Below the pieces are notes generated by a model. It worked only from the letters and a program-made list of their open reading frames with translations, ran no database searches and was not told the DNA's origin. Both the position numbers and the translations under genes were made by a program. DNA of 64,000 nt from Nemertoderma westbladi (lineage: Eukaryota; Animalia; Xenacoelomorpha), in the NCBI GenBank assembly GCA_032718475.1, contig JAUCBJ010003704.1:18261-82260 (forward strand). Direction: 5' to 3'. The stretch's first letter is position 1, and the number at the start of each line of letters is the position of its first letter. Shown here piece by piece: positions 37,020 to 49,588 of the stretch.

Positions 37020-38541
37020 ATGATTGAGTTGATAGAAGATGATCTTGGTATCAGGGAGCGATATACTCTACCTTTGCAAGCGTTTGTTGATAGCTTGATA
37101 CGCGGCGACGCTGGTCCAACTACTACGGAGGACGATGGTCGTTATATCTAACCGCCAATGTCCCGGGAACAACTTGCGCGTGGGTTGGACTGTAGAAAAT
37201 TCACCGCTCGCTATACGCATCGTAATGGTACGTATATGGACTTCTTAACTACTGGTCATCCTATCGACCTACACGATACGAACGATATAGACACCAAAAG
37301 GGAAATGGTTTATTTAAATATCATACCCAGCGGAAGCGGAACGATAAACTGAGACTCGAACACGAAAATTCTATTCGAAACCGACTCGAAAGTGCAGATG
37401 TCGAAGAGCCGGATAAACGCAGCGACTTCACCAAATACCTGGAATTCTTGAGAGAAACCTATCTCGATATTACCAGTCAACAGAATCTAGAAACTCGATA
37501 TCCTCAAGGTATACATCATGACCACATGGTAGAACTCAAACGGCTCTATTCCACTATGATGTATCTTACCGCCGATCGACCGCTACCTGTTGTAGCGGAT
37601 AGCTTCGAACGAATGGAGGAATATTGTAAGCTGGAGAAAGATCACTCGCGTTTCCCCTACAAGACGTGCGTTTTTGGTATTATTGCGATGAATGTCCAAG
37701 ACCCAACCAACAAACGGAAAGACATAAACATCCGTGGAGACGTTGCTTTAAACACGGTTTTACTCGCTATATTTACGGGAGTTTCGAGCGAAACTTGTTC
37801 GATGTATCACCTACGCTCGTTCGACTCAGACGATCCTTAAATAAACCAATGATCAGAGTTTCGGAATACTCGATCAGATCTCCTCATTCCCTAGTGAGAC
37901 CTCAGACTCTTGATCTTATTGGTATGACGGATCCTCCCGAGCTGTACTCACTGCTCAAAGATCTAGTGTTACCTGAACAATTAGTCGGTGGCACCCCGGT
38001 TGTGGGCTTCCTAGATATTAGCCCATCCTACCTAGCCGGAATGGGACGCGGACATTTAATATCGCCGTTTAACCCTTACCATCGTCCCGGCTTAACACGA
38101 TATAACCTGTCACCAAAGTGGCGGAGAGCGTTGTACCAAATGAGTTAGACGCTATTCTACAAAGATCAGAAAAGGAACTTACGCTTGTTCAGATAAACGT
38201 AAATTGCACTAGCAAGTCCAAGCGGTAAACAAAGTAACTATATCTCAGTTCGATCGGGAAATCCAGAATCTCTAAGAAGTTATCGAACTTGGACGATCCT
38301 ATTCTCTGCGAGAGTTTTTGGATGAACGTATCCAGCTACGAGCGGAGGAAAATCAGCTCGAGGAGAAGCATATCGAAACGGCGGATACCTCGACCATAAT
38401 CCTACACCTTCTGATGCAATCATATTGCACCCTTCACCCAGGAGTTACAGCCCTCCTAGTAAAGTGGCTCGCCCCAAAGAGAAAAGGACTCTTGCTAGCC
38501 TCAAAAAACTGCGTAAACGCCGTCCGCGTAAGAAAGGCTAA
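37020..38541 (+). pseudogene. Degraded extra ORF (ORF3, about 500 codons) between integrase and 3' LTR, unknown function
   Basis: Consecutive frames 37020-37352, ~37340-37840 and ~37840-38541 can be stitched across stops and frameshifts; ends in basic LKKLRKRRPRKKG*. Confidence 0.55.
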
Positions 38542-38651
38542 CTGTTTAGAGTATTTTTATATTTTAGAAACTGTGATTTGTTATATTTTATAGACTTAAA
38601 TCCCATTTTCTGGGAGCGGTGTAAAGGCTTTTGCGTAATTAGCCGGTTATT

Positions 38652-40836
38652 AGTGGCGATAACGAGTGGCGATATCGGCTGGATTCTTACTGGTTGGTAC
38701 ATATGACCATTGTTCTGGATCACTGTGCTTTAGTATTAAGTAAATTCTCCTAGCGACATATCGAAGGAATCGGGAGGTTGTATTCCGGATATATCCAAGT
38801 GCAACACAGCTATCGCTGTAAAAGTATGTTGAGTCAGGCTTATATTTCATGGCGTTAAAGATTACTTTACGGGCAAGGACTGCTTCAACAGAAGCACATA
38901 GTTCTAGTCTGGGGACGGATGTTGCATTGCGTGGAGCAATTTTGCTGTTTGCGGACATAAATGATACTGAAATATCACCTTCACTATTGAACATCCTCAG
39001 ATAGATCACGAAACCAATGCCAAATTCAGATGCATGGGCAAAGACATGCATCTCTCTTCGAACTACAATGCCAAAGTTGTATGGACAAAATGGACGCGGA
39101 ATTAACAAGCTGTCGAGTGTTGAAAGTGACTTTTTCCAATTATCCCACTCAGGACGATAGGAGATGGGGAGTTCTGTATCCCAGCCACATGATTGCAGCT
39201 CTGGAGTAAGTTTGGATTTTATAGGTATCACCTTTCGTTGAATGATACGGCCAGCTAGTAGAACAGGACTAGCAACTCCAATAGGGTCGAAGATTGAGTT
39301 TGATACTGATATTATTCCTCGTCTGGTAAATGGCCTCTCTGGTAATTCGATGTTAATAATAAAATGATCGAGTATTGTATCCCAGGTAATTCCAAGGGTT
39401 TTCTGAAGGCTTGATTCTTTGAGGTGGATTTGTGAAGGATCTACCAAGAGTTCAGACTTTGGGAATGCATCTAACACTCGTGAATCATTAGAGGCTATCT
39501 TGTGGAGTCTTATATTGAACTGAGATAATGCTTTTCTGGCCCCTTTAAGAGTAGATATAGCATCATTATGAGAGTCTTCACTACCAAGACCATCGTCTAC
39601 GTAAAAGTTATCTTCAATGTAGTCTAAGACATTATTGCTTGGGGACGAATTACAATTCTTTGCGGCAAATTTCAAACCGCGAATGGCGATTGGTGGACTT
39701 GGCTTGTTACCGAAAAGGTGAACTTTACTACTATAAACTACGGGTGGATTAGAAGGATCGTTGTCATGGTACCAGAAGTCTCTATGAATTGGTTCAACGA
39801 AGAAACAATAGAACATTGATTCAATATCTCACATAAATCCAACTTTTCCCTCTCTAAACCGTACAATAACATCTCTCAATTGATTGTTTTCATCTGGTCC
39901 CTGGATCAGCTTGTCATTTAGACTGACGCCCTTATACTTGGCAGAGCTATCAAAGACAACACGCGACTTATCTTTCTTAGGTTGAGTAACAACAAACAGT
40001 GGGATATACCAGACCTTTCCTGGTGTACCACGAAGTTCAGTGGGTGTAACCAATTCAAACTTACCAGTACTGATCCAATTACCCATTGACTTCAAACATT
40101 GGTCAAGCTTCTTCTTGTCTAATTTGAGTTTCATAAGTGTATGGTAGGTTCTCATATATACGGCATCTTTGTTATCTGGCATGATTGGCTCATCATCATA
40201 GAATGGGAGTGGGGATTGTATCATACCATTTTCATTGACTTTCATGTGTGGAGCAATCCGTTGTTCGAACAATCTGTCATCAACAGATGTCCCCTGTAGC
40301 TCGTCATCGGGTTGTTGAATAAATATATCCTCTGCAATAGATGCAAGTGGATCAGCGAAGCTGCCCCAATTGTTAGGCAGAAACAACGGTTTGCTAGAAA
40401 GGTGTGAGTGAGCGTTTGTTAATAAGGATATATTACTCTGGACTTGTTGGTTACCTTCTTGACAGATTTCACCAACTAAGGCCCAACCTAGGGGAGTATG
40501 GTCGACAATTGGTGATTGGGATCGATACGTTTTTGTAGTGAGTAATGAATGGCAGTTTCGACCTAGAAGCATTAGAGTCTCGGCAATTTCATCTAGGGGT
40601 GTAAATTTATTAATGAACCCCTTCAGATAGGGAATTGCTTTGACTATTTGTGGGGTTGCAACCTCTGATTTTGCATTTGGGATAGAGTCGTTCGAGTAAA
40701 GAGGTGGTAAGGGGTATGTTTTGGTTTCACCTACTCCTTTGATTGTAAGGCCTTCTGTAATTGTTCCATCGACGTGATATTGGAAGTTACTGAGGGTTGA
40801 GACAGTATAGCTATGAGCAGTTGATGAAATATTAAA
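38652..40836 (-). pseudogene. BEL/Pao protease-RT-RNase H fragment of a different family (family 4)
   Basis: TPLGWAL, WYIPLFVV...RVVFDSSAKY, GFM*DIESMF (in-frame stop at 39829), YVDD, HVFAHAS (catalytic D>H), YSDS, NPADIATR. Confidence 0.88.
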
Positions 40837-43800
40837 CTGACGGTGGGGCGTTCTTCTACGTCTGCTGGAACGAGATCTATTTCCTCTGCCTTCAGGATCT
40901 GTTGTATCGCCTTCATCAGATGATGTAAATCCCTGTCTCTTGGGAGTAGATCGACTTATCATCTGCATATAACTAGCTGTTCTCTGTTTATTTATGTAGT
41001 CTTGCGTCTCTTGAAGATTTTCCAACTCTAGTTGGACTGCCTCTTCAGATGCCCTCCGTTCGGCTGCTGCCACTGCCTCTGCCGCTTTTCTTTCCGCTTC
41101 TACCGCTGCCTCTGCCACTTTTCTTTCCGCTTCTGCCGCTGCCTCTGCCGCTTTTCTTTCCGCTTCTACTGCTGCCTCTGCCGCTTTTCTTTCCACTTCT
41201 ACCGCTGCCTCTGCCGCTTTTCTTTCAGCGTCTAACGCTGCCTCTGCTGCTTTTCTTTCCGCTTCTAACGCTGCCTCTGCCGCTTTTCTTTCCGCTTCTG
41301 CCGCTGCCACTGCCGCTACCATTGCTGCCTTTCTTTCAACTTCTGCCGCCGCCGCTGCTGCTGTCTTCTATCTGTTTTTTCTTTAATTGTTCTTCCTGTT
41401 CCCTAGCGATGAGGATTCTTTCATCAAATTTAGCCTGATCTGCGGCTAACATTTCCGCATCTAATGAGTCTAACACAAATTTGGCTCCCTCACTATTAGG
41501 GTAAAGTCCAACTAGCCATCTCCTCAACTCTTTGTTACCTATAAATCATTGATAGTCCGACAGATAGATGTCAATAGTGTCCTTCTTCTGAGGTTTCTCT
41601 GATGTAACATCGCTTTCCACCTGCGAAAAGGTAGCGTCTGCTGATTCTCCGTGGATCGCGCGCTCAGTTAGCTGAATTTTCCATTGGGTTGTTCCTTGGT
41701 CTTTAAGACTCATCCGTTGGAACCAAGTCTTTACAGTGACTTGCAACGACGTGTCTTGGCTTCTCTTCGAGGCTTCCTCAAAGGTTGAAAGGATTAGTCT
41801 GATTCTTAGGATTCGTTCTCTGACTTGATAAAGCAGCTCTCCCTGTTCTTGAGGTCCTTGGGGTTGTTGAAACAGTTGTTCCTCTAATCGCTCCAAAGAG
41901 CTGAAGAATCCCTGTACATATCCTGCTGCCGACCTCTTCCACACAGCGGGATCTCTAGTGTCCTTTACCATTCCCATCCTGTATAAGTCCTCCCAGGCAG
42001 CTTCCGATAAGTTAAACGGGAGTCCGGGTCCAGGGAAGTTCCATTGCGTCTCGGCAATAGACTTCAGTTCCTCCTTTGTGTATCCTGTATAACTGTCCTT
42101 GGTCGATCGCTTACTTCTCGCCCAGTCGATTTGATGTTCCTCTACCGCAATCAATACTCTAGTAAGTACGGCTTCAGGAAGAATTAGAATTAGAAGGAAG
42201 AATTTGGATCTGAATAAACCGCTTCTGCCATCTTTGCTCCGCGCTCGGGTGTCAACTCTACAGTATCTGAACTACTGGAGCTATCGGGCCGCTGAGAAAT
42301 AAGTTCTCGGTTCCGGTGTTGCTGCTGTTTAACAGCTGCCTCTTGGTCCCGCTTGACTTGAGCCCGAGTGCCTATGATAGACCTACGGTGCTTTACTAGC
42401 CTAGGATCTGATACTACTACTGGAGGGATGACCTTTCTTACAGTAGGAGGGGACTTGGACTTCGGTCTCAAATGTTCGGCACTCCTGTCGGAGTCGCAGA
42501 CTGTTCTTTCTAGGAGACTATCTGACAGAGTTTGCTTTGTGTCAGCCATGTTTGATTGTACAGTTGAATGCCTACTACTATAAACGACAGTTAAATCAAG
42601 TCTAGTAATTCAGTATCAACTGTAAGCCTAGTAATTAATTACCGATATCGTTACTCAATGTAACGCGATATATATATATAATATATTAGGATACCGGTAT
42701 ACACTTATAGTATATATATAAGTATTATTACAGACTAGGATTGATTAGTCACAGAATACCGGTATATAATTTAAGCATAAATATATAGAAATATATATAA
42801 TAAGCCTACCGTAAATACCGGTATACAGCATACACTTATAGTATATATAAGTATGATTATAGACTAGAATTAATTACAGAATACCGGTATATAATTTCAG
42901 CTTAAATTTATAGAAATAAATATAATAAGCATATCATAAATACCAGTAATGTCAATTATTTTACGATGCCTAAATTTCTAAATTTTAGGGTTACTTTCCT
43001 TTACTTTATTACTGTTATTAAGCAGTAGTCCAACTGATATTAAGACCTAATTGATGTATAACAGGCCTACTATTTTATAAATCGGTTTGAGTTGATTTAT
43101 AATATATTATGTACCCGTACAAGGATTTTTGACAATATTTGAAATAAATGTTATTATTTCCAAGTAAGGTGTCACTACACAGACGCGGAACGCTCTCAGT
43201 GGAGTGCTACCTGTTAGACACTAAAACAAATAATTCTATTTTACTAAGTTACTTATTACTACAAATTACGTACAATTACTGTGTAGGATTACAATTTCTA
43301 AATAAACACCAAAAGTTACACGTACAAATTTCAGGGTAATTTTATAGGAATCTACAAACCAGCCTAACAAGGAGTTAGAATTTCTGGTTCTTACAAATGG
43401 ACAGGATACTACGGTATTAGAAAATAATTAAGCAGTAGTAAATAAATTGTGTTGTCCAGATAAGAAAATACCACCGTCTGACGACTTATAGTCTTTAGCT
43501 CTACAGCTCTATAAGTACTACGTTATGTACCCGGAGTGTCCTTACCTAGAAGTTAATTACCGCAGCCAACCAGAGCTAACGTGCCTATTAACCACTTTAC
43601 AACACAAATACACTGCCTACACACTAATTACTTTTGGAAAGCACTGTACACTAAACCCTAAATTAGGTACAAATACTTATACAATAAATAACCAGCAGTT
43701 AAATATACTTTACAGCTAAAAGAACCACGGTATCTGCTGGAGTGACTAGAGCATAAAATCACCAATCTTTACCTACGCCAAGCAGCCCTGATGTAGTACC

Positions 43801-45675
43801 GGGGTTAGTTTAACTATAACGGTATGTATAACAAGCACAATTACTGTAGGAATAAACTTAGGGGTATGTAAGTTGCGAATACTCGCATAGACTCTGAATA
43901 ATAAATATTACGCTACCCGTGCAGACTATACAAACAAAATACAGACCAAATTCTGGCAGACTACTATCTAGCCTAAATAAACTACAGTATATGCAGACTC
44001 CGAAATGGTTAGTTAGTATGCATTCTAACCGAGTAGTACAACTTATTCTTTCCGGGGGGATTTACCTTACAGCACTGGATGCCCCCACCTTCCTAACTAG
44101 TACTTTATCGGACATACACTCTACACACACTGCAATCGCTTCAGACTCAACAACAGTCAGACAACAATCCAGCCTACAAATTATTTGTACAATTTGTGCG
44201 GGCTTACACGCCTTCTGCTCAATATTACACTTACAGATAAATAAAACTGACAGAGATAAATAAGCTCTAAAAGAAACAAGGGGTGTACAGTCCCTAATCT
44301 CTTAAACAGCCTACCAATATACAATATCACAATCGAAATAATCCTGGTACCGGTAAGTACCGGTTCGGGTGGTTGGGTAGTTAGGCCTACAGGTTACCGT
44401 CCGACCGGTACATTCGAATTTATTGCCTACGTGCAATCAAAACAAAAATTCGTCTATTGTTCTTACCAGAACAATAGACAAAATATTTTTGTTTCTAAAG
44501 TTTTAAAATCTATTATTGTTCGCGCTTTCAGACCTTTAGCAGTTTAACCTGCCAATTTTAGGTGTCCTCTTGTTTATAAATCGACTTTAGCCTATAACAA
44601 GTATTTAGTGCACATGAAGTAACATTAGCCGAAGCCAGTCTATGCGTGATCATTCACCCACAGTTAAGGGAGACTGGATTCGTATGCTTTGAAGGGATTG
44701 CGGTGCAGACCTACGGTATTATTCGATTGATCGTTACTATATAATCTCTGACAATATTATTCACTTTCGGGGAAATATTAACAGTTCCTTTAGGACGTGG
44801 CGCTTTAAGTATAAAAACAGAGTTATGACTTATACTAAACACAACGAGATGGCTACTGATTTTCGTAAATAGCGCATTCTTTAGGAGATGCTTTATTATC
44901 TGTCATACTACTGCATACGACTTCACACTGCTGCACACTGATCTGCCGACCGTCACTGAATTTGATCATATATAAGGAGGATAGCAACTGACACATGTAG
45001 GGATCATGAAATAGCATTTAATTCACACAAAAACCACTATAATGTAAGTCGCAATTGCTACAGGTAACCGGTCCCTCTTACCTTCAGTAATCAAGAAGAT
45101 TGGGGTTTTATGATTATTTATCGGTATTCTCCAAATATAACAACATATCCATCAACATATAACAATTAATAACAGACAGTAAACAGAAGTAAATTAGTGA
45201 TAGTTTTATTATACAGCAATGTTTCAGGTCAGATGTGTGACCAGGTTTGATAATAGATTTACGTTCTTGTAATCAAAGCCGTCTAATGTTTGGCCAAAGT
45301 CTGAAACTTCTACAGAAGTACAGAAGAATTTCTAAGCCGATGTTCCGAGGCTAAGAAAAAGGTAAACAAAAACCGTAATGCATTGCGAGGTTTTCCGTAG
45401 GCCTCTGTACAAGATAAAATGAAAATCGCTCCGATTGGCTGAGCGAGCTGAACAAAGAGAGGTTCCACGTTGACAGTAAATCAGCTGACAGATTTCGTCA
45501 TCTGAGTTCCAGTCTTTTAGAGGATTAGGCGCATTGCGGCAGAAAATGGCTTGTTATGTCCGCTAAAGCACTTACACGGTACATTGCGGAGAAAATGGCT
45601 TGTTATGTCCGCTAAAACACCTACACAGTACATTGCGGAGAAAAATGACCTGTTATATCTGCAAAAGCTTTTACA
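40837..45675 (-). mobile_element. Inverted, diverged paralogue of the family-2 5' LTR, leader and Gag N-terminus
   Basis: Minus-strand LTR start TGTAAAAGCTTTTGC at 45675; leader colinear with 17000-20550; Gag fragments 42190-42549, 41546-42154, 41336-41527 and 40837-41322 match the 20550 ORF but are frameshifted. Confidence 0.88.
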
Positions 45676-45719
45676 GTCCGGACCGAATTGTCTGGGACCG
45701 AATTGTCCTACATCCCAGT

Positions 45720-45995
45720 GTGATATGCAATGTGACTGGTATGTTAATAGATTTGCGTTCTTATGACTCTAGCCTCATTTTCCGTAGGCCGCTGTTACCA
45801 GGGCAGGGGAGATTGCTCTGATTGGCTGAAATATGTCAACAAGGGAACATTTCTCAAGCAAAGAAACAGCTGGTAGATTTTGTCATCCCAACTCTCTGTG
45901 TTTCTTGACAGACGCGTAGTTACACGATTCTAAGCTTTTTAGAGTATTTAGCGCATTGCGTAAAATCACTTGTTATGTCCGCAAAAGCTTTTACA
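45720..45995 (-). repeat. Additional partial family-2 LTR
   Basis: Second GCAAAAGCTTTTACA terminus at 45995, plus repeated TTGTTATGTCCGC and GATTGGCTGA motifs shared with 45230-45675. Confidence 0.6.
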
Positions 45996-46983
45996 GGCAC
46001 TGATTGATTCTTTCAGAAAACTGAAAGCGTGCAGGGCCAGCGTTATATTAACAGATTCAACAGCTTCTTCCAATCTGCCAATGGAGACACAAGACACCAA
46101 TAACCGGAAGGAACGGGCCGATCATTTCTTCTTGCATGATTCCCAACGACCCATCCACAGCAACTAACAGGATCGGACTTATAAACGGATCTGAACTTTC
46201 AGTACGGGTACGGTATGCGTATCCCGCCCAAAACAACCAAGTCTCTATCCGCCTCGAGAAAACGAGAAACTCGATCGAAATGCTTCTGGAGGTTTATCTG
46301 TCCGTAATCACCGACCACTACTGCACTACGGATTATGGATTATCCCCGTACCCTTGAGAATTCCTGGTCCCGCAGGCCACAGCTTCCAACCCAATTCGAT
46401 AACGAATTGGAATTGGCCTCCCACTTTCGCATCGCAGAGAATGTAATCTGGTGCGATTCACGTCTGTCAGATGCAGTCGTTAACCCCTCCCCCAAGGCTG
46501 CAAGGTGATCCGGTCCACCGCTAAACACTAAACCCAGATCACATCGCATTCCTTGTCAATGTAAGTCTGACTCTTCCCGCCGCACTCAGTGACTGGAGTA
46601 AGATACTCGGCAGTGGCCCGCATTATAATCCGACCGACCGCTGTGTTCCCAGTGTAAAAAATATAATCAAACATTACTGCTATCATTGTTGCATTGAACC
46701 CAACTACCGGGACGCAAAATACTGCAATCTATAAACCCAGATACATGCTACCGGTAGGCCTACTGGTTAAAAGTAATCTTAATTTAGCGACATTTTATAC
46801 GCAAGTAAATTTATAATGTATGAAAAGACCAAATAAAATTCAATATTAATTTTCATCTGTCTGCATGGATGGTTATTTTTAGATTATCTTTCATTTGGTG
46901 GTCCAGTTCGGTCCAGTTCGCCACTCTTTCGATCCAGTTCAGTTCAGTTCGGTCCAGATTCGAGTACAGTACTATCCATCAGT

Positions 46984-47776
46984 GTAAGGATGAGATCGTA
47001 CGTCATTCATTACTTATGAAATACAACCTCTTTCCATAATCATACTCCTATAGTTGCCTGCTTGAACATAGTCAAATATATTTTATGAAGCATATCTCCT
47101 CGGTGTAAGGATGAGATTGTATGTCATTCATTACTTATGAAATACAACCTCTTTCCATAGTCATACTCCTATAGTTGCCTGCTTGAACATAGTCAAATAT
47201 ATTTTATGAAGCATATCTCCTCGATGTAAGGATGAGATTGTACGTCATTCATTACTTATGAAATACAACCTCTTTCCATAATCATACTCCTATAGTTGCC
47301 TGCTTGAACATAGTCAAATATATTTTATGAAGCATATCTCCTCGATGTAAGGATGAGATTGTACGTCATTCATTACTTATGAAATACAACCTCTTTCCAT
47401 AATCATACTCCTATAGTTGCCTGCTTGAACATAGTCAAATATATTTTATGAAGCATATCTCCTCGATGTAAGGATGAGATTGTACGTCATTCATTACTTA
47501 TGAAATACAACCTCTTTCCATAATCATACTCCTATAGTTGCCTGCTTGAACATAGTCAAATATATTTTATGAAGCATATCTCCTCGATGTAAGGATGAGA
47601 TTGTACGTCATTCATTACTTATGAAATACAACCTCTTTCCATAATCATACTCCTATAGTTGCCTGCTTGAACATAGTCAAATATATTTTATGAAGCATAT
47701 CTCCTCGATGTAAGGATGAGATCGTACGTCATTCATTACTTATGAAATACAACCTCTTTCCATAATCATACTCCTA
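46984..47776. repeat. 121-bp minisatellite, about 6.5 near-identical copies
   Basis: GTAAGGATGAGAT recurs at 46984, 47105, 47226, etc. Confidence 0.95.
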
Positions 47777-48874
47777 GTTGATGGTGCATTGCGTGTACGT
47801 AATAATATTTATGAAATACAATCAATTAGTTTAAAGGACAAACGTCATTCTTGAGTGTAGTGAGTGACTCATCTGTTATTTAATCTGTATTTATATGGCT
47901 GTTTCGCTTTCGGCAAAAAGCAGAACATTAATGAAAAAAAACTTGAATAGAAAATATGAATGAGATAGAGATTCTTGTTGAATGAGAAGAAGTTCATCTA
48001 GTGTCCTTAATAATAATTAATAGCAAAGTATGAATGACTTCAGCCTAACATGTAGCTTCCACCCACGTATTTAAGTCAACAAATTCGCTGGAGATCAATG
48101 TTTCACGGCACTCTCAAAAAAACACCCCACTAACGTAAATTAATTGTTGCTTCCGAAGGATAATTAAACAGTTGCCAACTAAGGAAGAAAGACTTCGAGC
48201 TGTTGGCTTTGTTGACTTCTTAATCTCTCGCTATAACGCACAGTATGTTAGGCATTCGATAACAGGTAATCAGCTCAGGCTTGGCAATCAATAAACCTGT
48301 TCACTGGGAGGAAAACCCAACCGACCAACGCTTTCTGAACCGGTGTAGGAGGCATATGGCAATACCGTAGTTAAGGTACTATGGTAGTATTAACCGCCTA
48401 GGCAACGCCTCAGGCACTCAGATAGGGGGGGGGGGGGGGGGGGGGACTGGACGCAATAACTACCCTAAAATTATGATAAATTAAACTACCCTGCATCATT
48501 CTCTCTGGACCAACTCTCGGACACATGACTTTGAAAATAAACATGGAGTCCATTTTAATGTTGTTCTTTCTGGTAACCATGAATGAATTAATACAAATGA
48601 TCTGTTCACATAAATATTTTAACGAATAAATAATTATTATGAAACCAATATAATGTAGATTTCTTACGAACCAAATACAGAACCAACCCTTGATTGACCT
48701 AATGCAATGCATTAAATCAAGATGCTATATGATACGTTTTATATAATTTTGTTTTAAAAAAAGGGTAGTATCTGCTGCCTTTAGGTAATACTAATTGCCT
48801 AGGCGTTAAACTTTACGGCATTACCTGATGCCTAGGCTTGTTGTACAGTACTACGGTAGTACCAGGTACTAACT

Positions 48875-49588
48875 ATGGTAGTATATATTTTTGAGGTACG
48901 TTGTTTTGATGCCACCAACGCAATTAATGTTCTAAACCGCAATGGGGAGTTGAATAATATTGACAAAGTCTATCCAGCCATCCACACAATTATTGTGACT
49001 AACTGCTATAGCGAACCTGCCCAATTATTTGTTGGTGGGGAAACCCTATATTCCGAAGAGGGCTCTACCCAAGGGAACACAGATGCCATGCCAACGTTCG
49101 GCTGCGGAATAATGTCACTATTAGACGAGCTGGATTGCGGATCGGATGTAGATCAGAAATGGTTAGCAGACGATGGGTACGTAGTGGCTCGGGTAGTTGA
49201 ACTGAGAAAGTTCTGGGAAATTGTATGGACCAGAGGACCACTGAATGGCTACTACCCATCCAAGTTTTGCTAACAGTCAAACTGGATAATGTGGCTGAAG
49301 CTGACGCATTGTTCTCCAATACAATAGTCTCCCTCAACTCTATGGGGAACAAATTACTGGGTGGCGTTATCGGGACCGATGAATTCCGTGTCGGTTATAT
49401 TGAGGAGGAGTTCGCCGAGGAGGTTGATCGCCTCTCAGAGATCGCCGCAGTGGATCCATACTTTACATACGCAGGTTTAGCGTTTGGGTTGTCCTGCCGA
49501 TGGTGCTTTCTTACGTGAGTAATCCCAGACGCAACTGTTCATTTCGGGAAACTGGAAGATACAGTACAACAGTTCCTTTGCTGATGTC
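48875..49588 (+). pseudogene. Degraded non-LTR RT fragment of a non-RTE clade
   Basis: DATNAINVLNR, SEEGSTQGNTDAM, KWLADDG, GYYPSK, KLLGGVIG; frameshifted. Confidence 0.75.

Larger units (their letters stand above)
16965..38651 (+). mobile_element. Large BEL/Pao LTR retrotransposon (family 2), interrupted by a nested element, 3' LTR truncated
   Basis: TGTAAAGGCTTTTGCGTAATTAGCCGGTTATT occurs at 16965 and again at 38620-38651, after a purine-rich PPT (GGGAGCGG). Gag-PR-RT-RH-IN lie between. The inner boundary of the 5' LTR could not be fixed. Confidence 0.85.

Noticed and set aside
45996-46700. GC-richer segment with short ORFs
   Set aside because: No recognisable motif or boundaries; cannot support a call.
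3881-47776. Recurring ~120-bp periodicity in unrelated repeats
   Set aside because: The units share no sequence and have different origins; probably coincidence.
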